Shown here piece after piece: positions 9,749-18,564 of a stretch of DNA of 63,390 nt. The position numbers and the translations under genes were made by a program. The stretch spans positions 1 to 63,390 of the forward strand of contig LJUQ01000016.1 in the NCBI GenBank assembly GCA_001304505.1, in the 5' to 3' direction. This DNA comes from Bacteroides sp. SM23_62_1. GTDB lineage: Bacteria > Bacteroidota > Bacteroidia > Bacteroidales > SM23-62. Numbering within the stretch: the first letter of the stretch is position 1; each line of letters begins with the position of its first letter. Below the pieces are notes generated by a model. That model was not told the DNA's origin. It was given only the letters and a program-made list of their open reading frames with translations, and did not search any database.

Positions 9749-9942
9749 TGATTTCTGATTAAGCAGCTTATTGCATGAATCCTGAAAAAGATATCCAACC
9801 AGGTACGATAAATCCGGTTTTTTGACATAAAGGAGTAAGAACATACAGATTCAGACTGAATTTATGTTGTTAGGATTGCTACAGGTTACTTCAGGAAAGT
9901 CAGCCAGTTGTGGGGAAGTAGCATACTCTGGTGACCTCAGGA

Positions 9943-9979
9943 TCACTCACCGGGTGACTGTCAGTCACCCGGTGAGTGA
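9943..9979. terminator. 37-bp near-perfect palindrome between convergent genes
   Basis: tcactcaccgggtgactg (9943-9960) pairs with cagtcacccggtgagtga (9962-9979). It lies between the pepC-like stop (9748) and the luxE-like stop (9983). Confidence 0.55.
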
Positions 9980-9982
9980 CAA

Positions 9983-10969
9983 TCAATCCACCATCAGGTT
10001 ACACCCTCGGACATCGCTGTTATCAAACCTTCCCAATACTTCAAAACTTCCACCTGGATGTAATTTCCCGATGTCCTGTGTGGCAATGAATGAGCAGGAA
10101 TGAATATTTGCCAGGTCAATAATATTGATACCACCTGATTTGCCATCCGGAATATAATTGAACGGATCATAGATATCCCTGATCAGGATTTGCATCCAGG
10201 GAGGTGTATGGAATATACCATCTCTTTCAGACCAGGCCTGGCTGAGTAATTCAGTCATTCCATATTCTGAATGGATTTCCTTCACCCGAAAAGCTTTTTT
10301 CAGGATATCATGAAGCTCTTCTCGTATTATTTCTTCGCGCTGACCCTTCATGCCTCCTGTTTCAATGATGATCGTGTAGTTGAGCGGCAATGAATATTTT
10401 TCAGCCAGGTCGAGTAATGCAAAACTGACGCCAAGAAGGATGGTTTTTTGTTTCTTCTTTTCAAGCTTCACAAGCTTTTCAGTCAGGTCATCCAGGTTAT
10501 GAAGATAAAAACCACTGTCGGGATGATTGGTTTGCTCGATCAGGTATTTGGCCATGAATACCAGGGATGATTCCCTGCGCTCAAGGTAGGACGGCAGAAG
10601 AGCAAGGATGCAATAATTTGCAGGATCACCATAATACAATCTGAAACACCGGGAAAAACTTTCAATGTACAGATCCGGATCTGAGACATAGTGTATGCTT
10701 CTGTCACCTGAAGCAGTTCCGCTACTTTTAAAGGTAATACCGATCTTTTCTTCACCGGTAATAACCTTATGGTTTTTAAATGATTCAACCGGAAGGAATG
10801 GGATTCTTTTGATATTATCAATACTTCCGGGATCTGTCCCAAGCTGTTCGAGAAATTTACGGTAAGTCAGATTATGCTCAGCCTGATACCTGAATATATC
10901 CAGGGCAAGGGAACCAAATTCCTCAGCATTTTTTACAATAAAGATCTTGGACTTTATTGATTTATCCAT
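9983..10969 (-). CDS. LuxE/PaaK-like acyl-protein synthetase / acyltransferase family protein
   Basis: 328 aa. FGSLALDIFRYQAEHNLTYRKFLEQLG...FKSSGTASGDRSIHYV...IIETGGMKG resembles the LuxE-type adenylate-forming family common in Bacteroidota. Confidence 0.65.
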   Translation of the reverse strand: MDKSIKSKIFIVKNAEEFGSLALDIFRYQAEHNLTYRKFLEQLGTDPGSIDNIKRIPFLPVESFKNHKVITGEEKIGITFKSSGTASGDRSIHYVSDPDLYIESFSRCFRLYYGDPANYCILALLPSYLERRESSLVFMAKYLIEQTNHPDSGFYLHNLDDLTEKLVKLEKKKQKTILLGVSFALLDLAEKYSLPLNYTIIIETGGMKGQREEIIREELHDILKKAFRVKEIHSEYGMTELLSQAWSERDGIFHTPPWMQILIRDIYDPFNYIPDGKSGGINIIDLANIHSCSFIATQDIGKLHPGGSFEVLGRFDNSDVRGCNLMVD

Positions 10970-11191
10970 AGCTTATTGAACTTTCCTTATCTGGTTATAT
11001 CCCCGGATTGAAGACCAGGATAATATCATTTAACTAACTATTTAATCCTCAGGCTAAAGCCTGAGGTTACTTCTCTCGTCTTTTCTTTTTATCCCTTATT
11101 GAATTTACCATACTCCATAACTCATTCGCCTTACTTTATACTCTCTGCTCTTTGCTCCCTGTACCATGCTCTTACAAAGTTAACAACAAAA

Positions 11192-11221
11192 AAGGCTGCC
11201 ACAGATATACCGGACAGCCTT
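11192..11221 (-). terminator. rho-independent terminator of pgk
   Basis: aaggctg (11192-11198) pairs with cagcctt (11215-11221). On the minus strand TTTTTGTTG follows, about 20 nt after the pgk stop. Confidence 0.7.
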
Positions 11222-11240
11222 CACTTATATATGGCATTCT

Positions 11241-12431
11241 TTATCCTCGTATTGCCTTAATTCCCGGCAATTCTTTTCCTTCCATATATTCAAGCATGGC
11301 ACCTCCACCTGTGGAAACATAGCTAACTTTATCAGAAAGATCATACTTATTAACGGCGGCGACTGAATCGCCTCCTCCAACAAGGCTGAATGCTCCTTCT
11401 GTGGTAACTCTTGCAATAGCTTTTGCGATGCTTACAGTACCATTCTGAAAATTCTCCATTTCAAAAACACCCATGGGGCCATTCCAGAGAATGGTTTTGG
11501 ATTGTTCAATAATACCTGAGAATAGTTTGATTGTCTCGGGACCGATATCAAGCCCCATCCAGCCCTCGGGGATCTCATCAGATTTTGTTACCCGGGTTGT
11601 GGCGTTATTATCAAATTGATCAGCCGCAACATTATCTACCGGGAGGAGGAGTTTAACTCCTTTTGTTTTAGCCTTATTGATAAGATTAAGGGCAAGATCA
11701 AGTTTGTCTTCTTCACAGATTGATATTCCTGTTTTACCGCCCTGTGCCCTGATGAATGTATAGGTCATGCCCCCTCCAATAATCAGGTTATCTACTTTTT
11801 CGAGAAGGTTTTCGATGATCAGGATCTTATCAGAGACCTTGGCACCCCCCATTACAGCAGTAAATGGCTTTTCAGATTGGTGAAGAACTTTATCCATGCT
11901 TTCAAGCTCGCTCTTAATCAGATAGCCGAACATGCTGTCATTCGGAAAGAATTTAGCTACGATGGTTGTGGAAGCATGCGCCCGGTGGGCTGTACCAAAT
12001 GCATCATTCACATAAACATCAGCACCTTCTGCAAGTTTTTCTGAAAATCTTTCATCACCTTTTTCTTCTTCTTTATGAAATCTCAGGTTCTCAAGCAGAA
12101 GAACTTCTCCAGGCTTCAGGCTTTTCTTTATCTCAAGTGTTTTCTCACCAATACAATCATCGGCAAATTTTACGGGTTTGCCCAGGAGTACAGAAAACCT
12201 GGGAACAACATGGTTGAGGGAATATTTATTTTCAGGCCCTTCTTTAGGCCTTCCAAGGTGTGACATCAGAATTGTGGCACCACCTTTTTCCAGAATCCTG
12301 TTTATAGAAGGAATAGCTGCCCTGATACGTGTGTCATCAGTTACCTCGAATTTATCATTCAGAGGGACATTGAAATCCACTCTCATAATAACTTTCTTGC
12401 CGTTAAAGTCGTAATTATCAATTGTATGCAT
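11241..12431 (-). CDS. pgk: phosphoglycerate kinase
   Basis: 396 aa. [25 protein letters not shown]-like motif, [10 protein letters not shown], and STGGGA near the C-terminus. Confidence 0.95.
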   Translation of the reverse strand: MHTIDNYDFNGKKVIMRVDFNVPLNDKFEVTDDTRIRAAIPSINRILEKGGATILMSHLGRPKEGPENKYSLNHVVPRFSVLLGKPVKFADDCIGEKTLEIKKSLKPGEVLLLENLRFHKEEEKGDERFSEKLAEGADVYVNDAFGTAHRAHASTTIVAKFFPNDSMFGYLIKSELESMDKVLHQSEKPFTAVMGGAKVSDKILIIENLLEKVDNLIIGGGMTYTFIRAQGGKTGISICEEDKLDLALNLINKAKTKGVKLLLPVDNVAADQFDNNATTRVTKSDEIPEGWMGLDIGPETIKLFSGIIEQSKTILWNGPMGVFEMENFQNGTVSIAKAIARVTTEGAFSLVGGGDSVAAVNKYDLSDKVSYVSTGGGAMLEYMEGKELPGIKAIRG

Positions 12432-12712
12432 TTTTATCTGGTATTGTTTGTTTAAAGTTCACCAAAGTTATATAAAGTATTTTAAATTTACTTTTGTTCT
12501 TTTGTAAATAAAAAAGTTTCAGGTTTCAGGGTACCTGGTCCAGTTTATTAAGTGCATTGTTAAGGATCCCGGTTATTAAAAAGAAGATGAAAGCTGCACA
12601 AGAATGCATGGGTATCTGTTTTCGTAGATCATCTCAGTGAATACGGTATGATATAAGTTAGAAGAAAAAAATAGCTGGCACGAATGGGTTTTAAGTTATT
12701 AAAAGAATAGTT

Positions 12713-12733
12713 TTGCCGGTTGTCAACCGGCAA
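12713..12733. repeat. 21-bp palindrome TTGCCGGTTGTCAACCGGCAA
   Basis: Read directly. It shares the core CCGGTTGNNAACCGG with the palindrome at 12761-12779. Confidence 0.6.
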
Positions 12734-12760
12734 ATATATTCGCCTGGGTGATACGAGTAA

Positions 12761-12779
12761 CCCCGGTTGATAACCGGGG
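12761..12779. repeat. 19-bp palindrome CCCCGGTTGATAACCGGGG abutting the holB start region
   Basis: Read directly. It ends 3 nt before the ATG at 12783. Confidence 0.6.
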
Positions 12780-12782
12780 GAA

Positions 12783-13937
12783 ATGATTCCAGTTTCAGAT
12801 ATTAATATGCTATTCAAAGAAGTTATCGGGCATAAGGAGATCAAAGAGAAACTGATAAGGACTGTGAAAGATAATCGCATCAGTCATGCACAGCTTTTCC
12901 TTGGACCGGAGGGATCGGGGAACCTTGCACTGGTACTGGCATATGCTCAATACATCTCATGTCTGGACCGGAAAGAGAATGATTCATGCGGAAAATGTCT
13001 TTCATGCATGAAATATTCAAAATTGATTCATCCTGACCTCCATTTTGTATTCCCGGTGACAACAACAAAGGAAATCACAAAAGATCCAGTCAGTGATGAC
13101 TTTATTAATGAATGGAGAATGGTTGTTACAGAGAATCCTTACCTGACACTTTTTGAATGGTACGAAAGTATTGGTGTGGAGAACAAACAGGGGATCATAA
13201 GTGTAAAGGAAAGCAATGAAATCATCAGGAAGTTAAGTTTAAAAACATTTGAGTCGGAATATAAAATAATGGTTATTTGGATGCCTGAAAGGATGCATCC
13301 ACCTGCTGCAAATAAATTACTGAAAATTCTGGAGGAACCATATAGAAATACTGTTTTTCTTCTTATATCAGAGAGTACGGAACATTTTTTACCAACAATA
13401 TTATCCAGGACACAAATTTTGAAAGTTCCGGGAATCGATGAAGAATCGCTATACCTTGCATTGAAAGAAAAATATGATCACCCTGATGAAGAGCTGAGGA
13501 AAGCATCCAGGCTGGCAGATGGAAACCTTGCAAGGGCAATTGAATATGTTGAAAGAAGTGAAGAGACAAAAAACAATTTTGACCGTTTTGTTTCATTAAT
13601 GAGACTGGCATACAGCAAGAATATGCAGGGAATATTCAGTTGGGTGGAAGAAGTTTCTGCTATAGGTCGGGAAAAGCAGAAAAATTTCCTGCTGAATGGA
13701 TTGAGATTAATCCGGGGCAATTATTTGTTGAACATGAATAACAGGGATCTGGTGAGGTTATCGGATGATGAAATGGAATTTTCAGAAAAATTTTCAACTT
13801 TTTTAAACCATCATAATGCTGCTGAAATTACAGAAGAGTTAAATAAAGCCTGTCTGCATATCGAAGCCAATGCTTATCCCAGGATCGTTTTCCTGGATCT
13901 TGCCCTGAAGCTTATGAAACAAATCCGAAAAAATTAA
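12783..13937 (+). CDS. holB: DNA polymerase III delta-prime subunit-like AAA+ protein
   Basis: HAQLFLGPEGSGNLALVLAYAQYISC followed by a Cys cluster (CGKCLSCMK). VIWMPERMHPPAANKLLKILEEP and LPTILSRTQ match clamp-loader delta-prime motifs. The start could be the internal Met at 12807. Confidence 0.8.
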   Translation: MIPVSDINMLFKEVIGHKEIKEKLIRTVKDNRISHAQLFLGPEGSGNLALVLAYAQYISCLDRKENDSCGKCLSCMKYSKLIHPDLHFVFPVTTTKEITKDPVSDDFINEWRMVVTENPYLTLFEWYESIGVENKQGIISVKESNEIIRKLSLKTFESEYKIMVIWMPERMHPPAANKLLKILEEPYRNTVFLLISESTEHFLPTILSRTQILKVPGIDEESLYLALKEKYDHPDEELRKASRLADGNLARAIEYVERSEETKNNFDRFVSLMRLAYSKNMQGIFSWVEEVSAIGREKQKNFLLNGLRLIRGNYLLNMNNRDLVRLSDDEMEFSEKFSTFLNHHNAAEITEELNKACLHIEANAYPRIVFLDLALKLMKQIRKN

Positions 13938-14238
13938 TTCCCGGTTTTCAGTCTTTCAGCTGGTGTGTAATGGTGTAAGAATAAGAAGGTGAAAAGGGAG
14001 GAAAGATGTGCCTCTTGCCTGTGGGGATATTAACGAGAACTCTTTTAAGTGTTAAAAAAAAATGAAAGTTGGTTATGACACACCTGCTCATTCATGATGC
14101 CGGAGAGTACAAAACAGTCTATCCGTATGACAAGCAGGCATATTTCGATTTTTATTTTTCAGGATACAGAAAAAAGAGTAACTGATTCTTTAGAGTTAAT
14201 TTCTTAATTTTGTGTTGGACAATTAATTATTCAGAATA

Positions 14239-15285
14239 ATGGGATACAGGGAAGGTGGTGAATGTGATGCCAGAGGTATGATACCTGATCAATACTGTAT
14301 TCAGCCTGGAGGATGTTCCAAGCTTGATACATTTGACTGGTTGGGGAATATCCCCCAGAATACAGATTATATCGATCTGGTTGAAGTAAGGTTCAAGAAT
14401 ACCAGGAAAGGATTTTTCAGAAATGTAAATGAGATTCGTTTGAGAAAGGGGGATATTGTAGCTGTTGAAGCTTCACCGGGGCATGATATAGGTATTGTAT
14501 CGCTGACAGGGGAACTTGTACTAAGACAGTTAGTAAAGTATAATATCCCGGCTGATTCTGAAGATCACAAAAAGATATACCGGAAAGCTAAACTTGGAGA
14601 TATTGAAAAATGGAAGGAAACGATATCACTGGAGCATGAGACTATGATTAAATCGAGGAAAATTGCTGAAAAACTAAAACTTGATATGAAGATTGGAGAT
14701 GTGGAATACCAGGGAGATAAAACCAAAGCAATTTTTTATTATATCGCCGATGAGCGTGTCGACTTCAGAGAATTGATCAAGGTGCTTGCAGATGAGTTCA
14801 AAATCAGGATTGAGATGAAACAGATAGGGGCAAGACAGGAAGCGGGAAGGATAGGTGGTATAGGTTCCTGTGGAAGAGAACTCTGTTGTGCGAGTTGGAT
14901 CACAAACTTTGTTTCTGTTACAACAAGTGCAGCACGTTACCAGGAAATCTCCCTTAATCCTCAGAAGCTTGCAGGCCAGTGTGGGAAACTTAAATGTTGT
15001 CTGAATTATGAAGTTCACTGCTATGTTGATGCTCAAAAGGATTTCCCAGATAAAAATATCATCCTGGAAACTGAAAAAGGACCGGCGTATTATCATAAAA
15101 CTGATATATACAGAAGAATTATGTGGTATGGGTTTGAACAAGATGAAGAAGCTATTAGTAAGTTGATCCCTGTGCCAGTTGAAAGGGTAGCAGAGATCAT
15201 TGAAATCAACAGGCAGGGTAAGAAGGTACCTGATCTGATTCTTTTTAATGGGAAAAAAGAATCAGAAATTTCTACTACGGGATAA
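14239..15285 (+). CDS. PSP1 domain protein (RicT/YaaT-like)
   Basis: The PSP1 core is VRFKNTRKGFF.....LRKGDIVAVEASPGHDIGIVS...DVEYQGDKTKAIFYYIADERVDFRELIKVLADEFKIRIEMKQIGARQEA. A Cys-rich segment follows: GSCGRELCCASW...CGKLKCCLNYE. Confidence 0.8.
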   Translation: MGYREGGECDARGMIPDQYCIQPGGCSKLDTFDWLGNIPQNTDYIDLVEVRFKNTRKGFFRNVNEIRLRKGDIVAVEASPGHDIGIVSLTGELVLRQLVKYNIPADSEDHKKIYRKAKLGDIEKWKETISLEHETMIKSRKIAEKLKLDMKIGDVEYQGDKTKAIFYYIADERVDFRELIKVLADEFKIRIEMKQIGARQEAGRIGGIGSCGRELCCASWITNFVSVTTSAARYQEISLNPQKLAGQCGKLKCCLNYEVHCYVDAQKDFPDKNIILETEKGPAYYHKTDIYRRIMWYGFEQDEEAISKLIPVPVERVAEIIEINRQGKKVPDLILFNGKKESEISTTG

Positions 15286-15367
15286 GGCAAATCCAAATAG
15301 GTATTTTCTGAATCTGAAACAAAAATCCGTAAAAAACGGGAAATAGGACTAATGCCAGTAATAGAAT

Positions 15368-15838
15368 ATGAGGATTTTTTATCATTTCATTCATATAATA
15401 CTTTTTACAATCGTATTCCATTCGTGTGATCCTGACCGTGTGTATGAAAAAAATATCAGGATCCCTGATGGTATCTGGGAAAGGAATAATCCAATACGTT
15501 TTGAGGTAATTATTCAGGACACCATTTCTCCTCATAACCTGTATATTAATATCCGCAATACCGGTCTTTATCCGGTCAGCAATCTTTATTTATTTATTAC
15601 CACTACAGCACCTTCAGGGCATTCAGTAAAAGATACTGTGGAGATCATACTTGCGGACGAACGAGGTAAATGGCTTGGAAAAGGCCTTGGTGATATATGG
15701 GATCTGCAGAAATTATACAAACAGAATGTTCGTTTTGCACAGAAAGGAATGTATGTATTTGAATATGAGCAGGCTATGAGAATAGAAAAGCTTCCTTTCA
15801 TCCTTGATGCGGGTTTGAGGATAGAAAAATCGAGATAA
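15368..15838 (+). CDS. gldH: gliding motility lipoprotein GldH-like
   Basis: 156 aa. The lipobox-like context is FHSCD. The size and the pattern W......F.F...D....YN......N...YP.SNLYLF......P.G.......I.LAD..GKWLG.G fit GldH. The position after holB and PSP1 is the usual Bacteroidota arrangement as I recall it. Confidence 0.65.
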   Translation: MRIFYHFIHIILFTIVFHSCDPDRVYEKNIRIPDGIWERNNPIRFEVIIQDTISPHNLYINIRNTGLYPVSNLYLFITTTAPSGHSVKDTVEIILADERGKWLGKGLGDIWDLQKLYKQNVRFAQKGMYVFEYEQAMRIEKLPFILDAGLRIEKSR

Positions 15839-15864
15839 CTTTTTCTGGCTTAAACTATTCAATT

Positions 15865-16566
15865 GTGGGCAGAGCGAAGTTAATTAAGTTTGCAGAGATA
15901 GGAACATTTGAAAATGTTGTAAAACCAGGTTTTAAGGAGGTTTTCAATCAGCCATACTACCTGAAAGGGAAATGGGATGAATTATATTTCAGGAATGGAA
16001 AACCAATTGTGCTTGAACTGGGATGCGGGAAGGGTGAATATACGACAGGGATGGCGGAAAATAATCCGGGGATGAACTTCATTGGTGTGGATATCAAGGG
16101 GGCCAGAATATGGACCGGTGCAAAATATGCCAGGGAAAAACAAATTGATAATATAGCTTTTGTCAGGACACGTATTGAGTTTATCAATTCCCTTTTTGAC
16201 AGGGATGAAATCAGGGAAATATGGTTAGCTTTTCCTGATCCCCAGGTGAAGAAAAGAAGAAATAAGAAACGTCTTACCGGCGCAAGATTTCTGAGACTTT
16301 ATCAGCAATTTCTCATTGACCAGGGAATAATACATCTGAAGACAGACAACAGGAACCTGTATGATTATACAAGGAGTCTTATTCAGTATAATAAAATGGA
16401 ATTAATATATTCCACAGATGATCTGTATGCTTCAAATATAACCGGACCTGTCAGGGATATTCAAACATTTTATGAGAAACAATTCCTGGAAGAGGGATTA
16501 AAAATTTATTACCTTGCTTTTAAGCTGGACCATGAGAAAGATATCAAAGAACCGGGAAATGCATGA
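15865..16566 (+). CDS. trmB: tRNA (guanine-N7)-methyltransferase
   Basis: LELGCGKGEYT, FIGVDIKGARIW, FPDPQVKKR and HLKTDN motifs are present. The start is GTG. Confidence 0.9.
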   Translation: MGRAKLIKFAEIGTFENVVKPGFKEVFNQPYYLKGKWDELYFRNGKPIVLELGCGKGEYTTGMAENNPGMNFIGVDIKGARIWTGAKYAREKQIDNIAFVRTRIEFINSLFDRDEIREIWLAFPDPQVKKRRNKKRLTGARFLRLYQQFLIDQGIIHLKTDNRNLYDYTRSLIQYNKMELIYSTDDLYASNITGPVRDIQTFYEKQFLEEGLKIYYLAFKLDHEKDIKEPGNA

Positions 16567-16894
16567 AGAGGATGGTTTTTTCAGCCTGGTCTACCAGGTT
16601 ACCAGGATGGTCCCTTCCGGAAGGGTTACCACATATGGTGCTATTGCAAAATATTTAGGGACTGCCCGTTCAGCCCGTATGGTAGGCTGGGCACTGAACC
16701 AATCACATTTCCTGGAGGATCATATACCGGCACACAGAGTAGTTAACAGGAACGGGTTGCTAACAGGCAAACATCATTTTGGAGGTTCGAGAGTTATGCA
16801 GGAGCTATTAGAAAGCGAAGGGATCCAGATTATTGATGACCGGGTTTTAAATTTCAAACAGGCTTTCTGGGATCCTTCAGAAGAATTGGAATGA
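16559..16894 (+). CDS. MGMT-family DNA-binding domain protein (methylated-DNA--protein-cysteine methyltransferase C-terminal-like)
   Basis: VPSGRVTTYGAIAKYLG...ARMVGWAL......IPAHRVVNRNG. The ATG at 16559 overlaps the trmB stop (ATGCATGA). Confidence 0.7.
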   Translation: MHEEDGFFSLVYQVTRMVPSGRVTTYGAIAKYLGTARSARMVGWALNQSHFLEDHIPAHRVVNRNGLLTGKHHFGGSRVMQELLESEGIQIIDDRVLNFKQAFWDPSEELE

Positions 16895-17082
16895 AAACAT
16901 GAGCTGTAGATGATTTTGCCCTGAGCGGTTCCATGGTTCTGTTCTTTGTAAATATTAAAGAGATCAGTCATAAGCCTGCTGACACAAGCGTTAATAATAT
17001 TTTCAAGGTTAATCCTTTCCCGGATTTTCTGGAAGAATAGTTATATATTTGTGCTTTCCTTTATTATGTTTTTATTGATTAC

Positions 17083-18174
17083 ATGAGTATTACACCAGAA
17101 CAAGTTTTGAAGGTCCTGAAAAGGGTCAAACATCCTGAAAAAAAGCAGGATATAGTTGCTTTGAACATGGTCAGTGACCTGGTTGTACAGGATGACAAAA
17201 TAAGCTTCAATCTGGTTTTTCAGCGTTCCAATGATCCGTTTATATCACCTATTCGCAAAGCAGCAACAAAAGCGATAAAAGCATATATCAGTAAACAGGC
17301 AAAGGTTGATATACATGTTAAAGCATTTCAAATGATTGAAAAAGAAGAAATTTTACCCGGGGTAAAAAATATCATTGCCATCGCTTCAGGTAAAGGAGGG
17401 GTAGGTAAATCAACTGTTGCAGCAAATCTGGCTGTTGCTTTTGCACTGAAGGGTACACGAACCGGCCTTATTGATGCAGACATCTTCGGCCCTTCCATAC
17501 CAAAAATGTTGGGTGCTGAAAACAGACGGCCTTCGGTGGTAAATCGTGATAATAAAGATTATATTGTTCCGGTTGACTCATATGGCGTAAAAATGCTTTC
17601 AATAGGTTTTTTTGTTGATCCAAATGATCCTGTGATCTGGCGGGGACCGATGGCTTCCAATGCACTGAGGCAATTTATCGACCAGACCGATTGGGATGAA
17701 CTGGACTACCTTTTTATTGATCTTCCTCCCGGGACCAGTGATATCCATCTCACAATGGTTCAGGAGATACCAATTACTGGTGCTGTAATTGTCTCAACAC
17801 CACAGAAAGTAGCCATAGCAGATGCTATTAAAGGTGTAAATATGTTCAGGAGTCAACAGATAAACGTACCTGTTCTTGGATTGATTGAAAACATGTCGTG
17901 GTTCACTCCTGCTGAGTTACCCAATAATAAATATTTTATTTTTGGTAAAGATGGGTGTATGGAACTGGCTGGCAGATTAAACATTCCTTTGCTGGGACAG
18001 ATACCTCTTGTACAGAGTATATGTGAAGACAGTGATTCCGGTAACCCATCCGTACTTAAACAGGAATCTATTGTTGGGAAAGCGTTTATGCAATTGGCAA
18101 ACAGATTAATAGTAGAAATTAATGAACGTAATAAAAACCTGCCTCCTACAAAAATTGTTGAGATAAAGAAATAG
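17083..18174 (+). CDS. apbC: Mrp/NBP35 family iron-sulfur cluster carrier ATPase
   Basis: There is an N-terminal DUF59-like segment. IAIASGKGGVGKSTVAANLA is the deviant Walker A, followed by IDADIFGPSIP and DYLFIDLPPGTSD. Confidence 0.9.
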   Translation: MSITPEQVLKVLKRVKHPEKKQDIVALNMVSDLVVQDDKISFNLVFQRSNDPFISPIRKAATKAIKAYISKQAKVDIHVKAFQMIEKEEILPGVKNIIAIASGKGGVGKSTVAANLAVAFALKGTRTGLIDADIFGPSIPKMLGAENRRPSVVNRDNKDYIVPVDSYGVKMLSIGFFVDPNDPVIWRGPMASNALRQFIDQTDWDELDYLFIDLPPGTSDIHLTMVQEIPITGAVIVSTPQKVAIADAIKGVNMFRSQQINVPVLGLIENMSWFTPAELPNNKYFIFGKDGCMELAGRLNIPLLGQIPLVQSICEDSDSGNPSVLKQESIVGKAFMQLANRLIVEINERNKNLPPTKIVEIKK

Positions 18175-18210
18175 TCAATAATATTAAATAAATCATCTAT
18201 ATTATTTATT

Positions 18211-18459
18211 ATGAAAGAAGAAGAAAAAGCAAAACTGGTAAACAGGATCAATGAAGCCCTGAATAAATTACGGCCTTACCTGGAAGCTGATGGCGGCAAC
18301 ATTTCGTTGGAGGAAGTGACGGATGACCTGGTGGTAAAGGTCAAATTGCACGGGGCCTGTGATGGGTGTCCTTTCAGTTATCAGACATTGAAAGCAGGTG
18401 TTGAGCAGGCAATCCGCAAAGAAATTCCTGAGATCAAGGATCTTGTTGCAGTGAATTGA
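18211..18459 (+). CDS. NifU C-terminal domain protein
   Basis: 82 aa. LRPYLEADGGNISLEEV...VKVKLHGACDGCPFSYQTLKAGVEQAI. Confidence 0.85.
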   Translation: MKEEEKAKLVNRINEALNKLRPYLEADGGNISLEEVTDDLVVKVKLHGACDGCPFSYQTLKAGVEQAIRKEIPEIKDLVAVN

Positions 18460-18564
18460 ATTTGCTCGATCTACTGAACAGGATTCATTAAAAAATAATT
18501 TCAGAATCAACAAAATATGTTGTTGGAAAAACAGTTTAATGAATTGTATTGTCTGATTTGAATC

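Noticed and set aside
9864-10103. 79-aa ORF spanning the 37-bp palindrome
   Set aside because: It runs through the terminator palindrome and overlaps the 3-prime end of the luxE-like gene on the other strand, so it is probably spurious.
14674-15141. Long antisense ORFs inside well-supported genes (also 26269-26706, 30115-30552, 45694-46167, 49830-50321, 58138-58557, 59535-59912)
   Set aside because: They fully overlap conserved genes on the opposite strand. Their products have low-complexity or odd composition and match no recognisable family. They are typical shadow ORFs.
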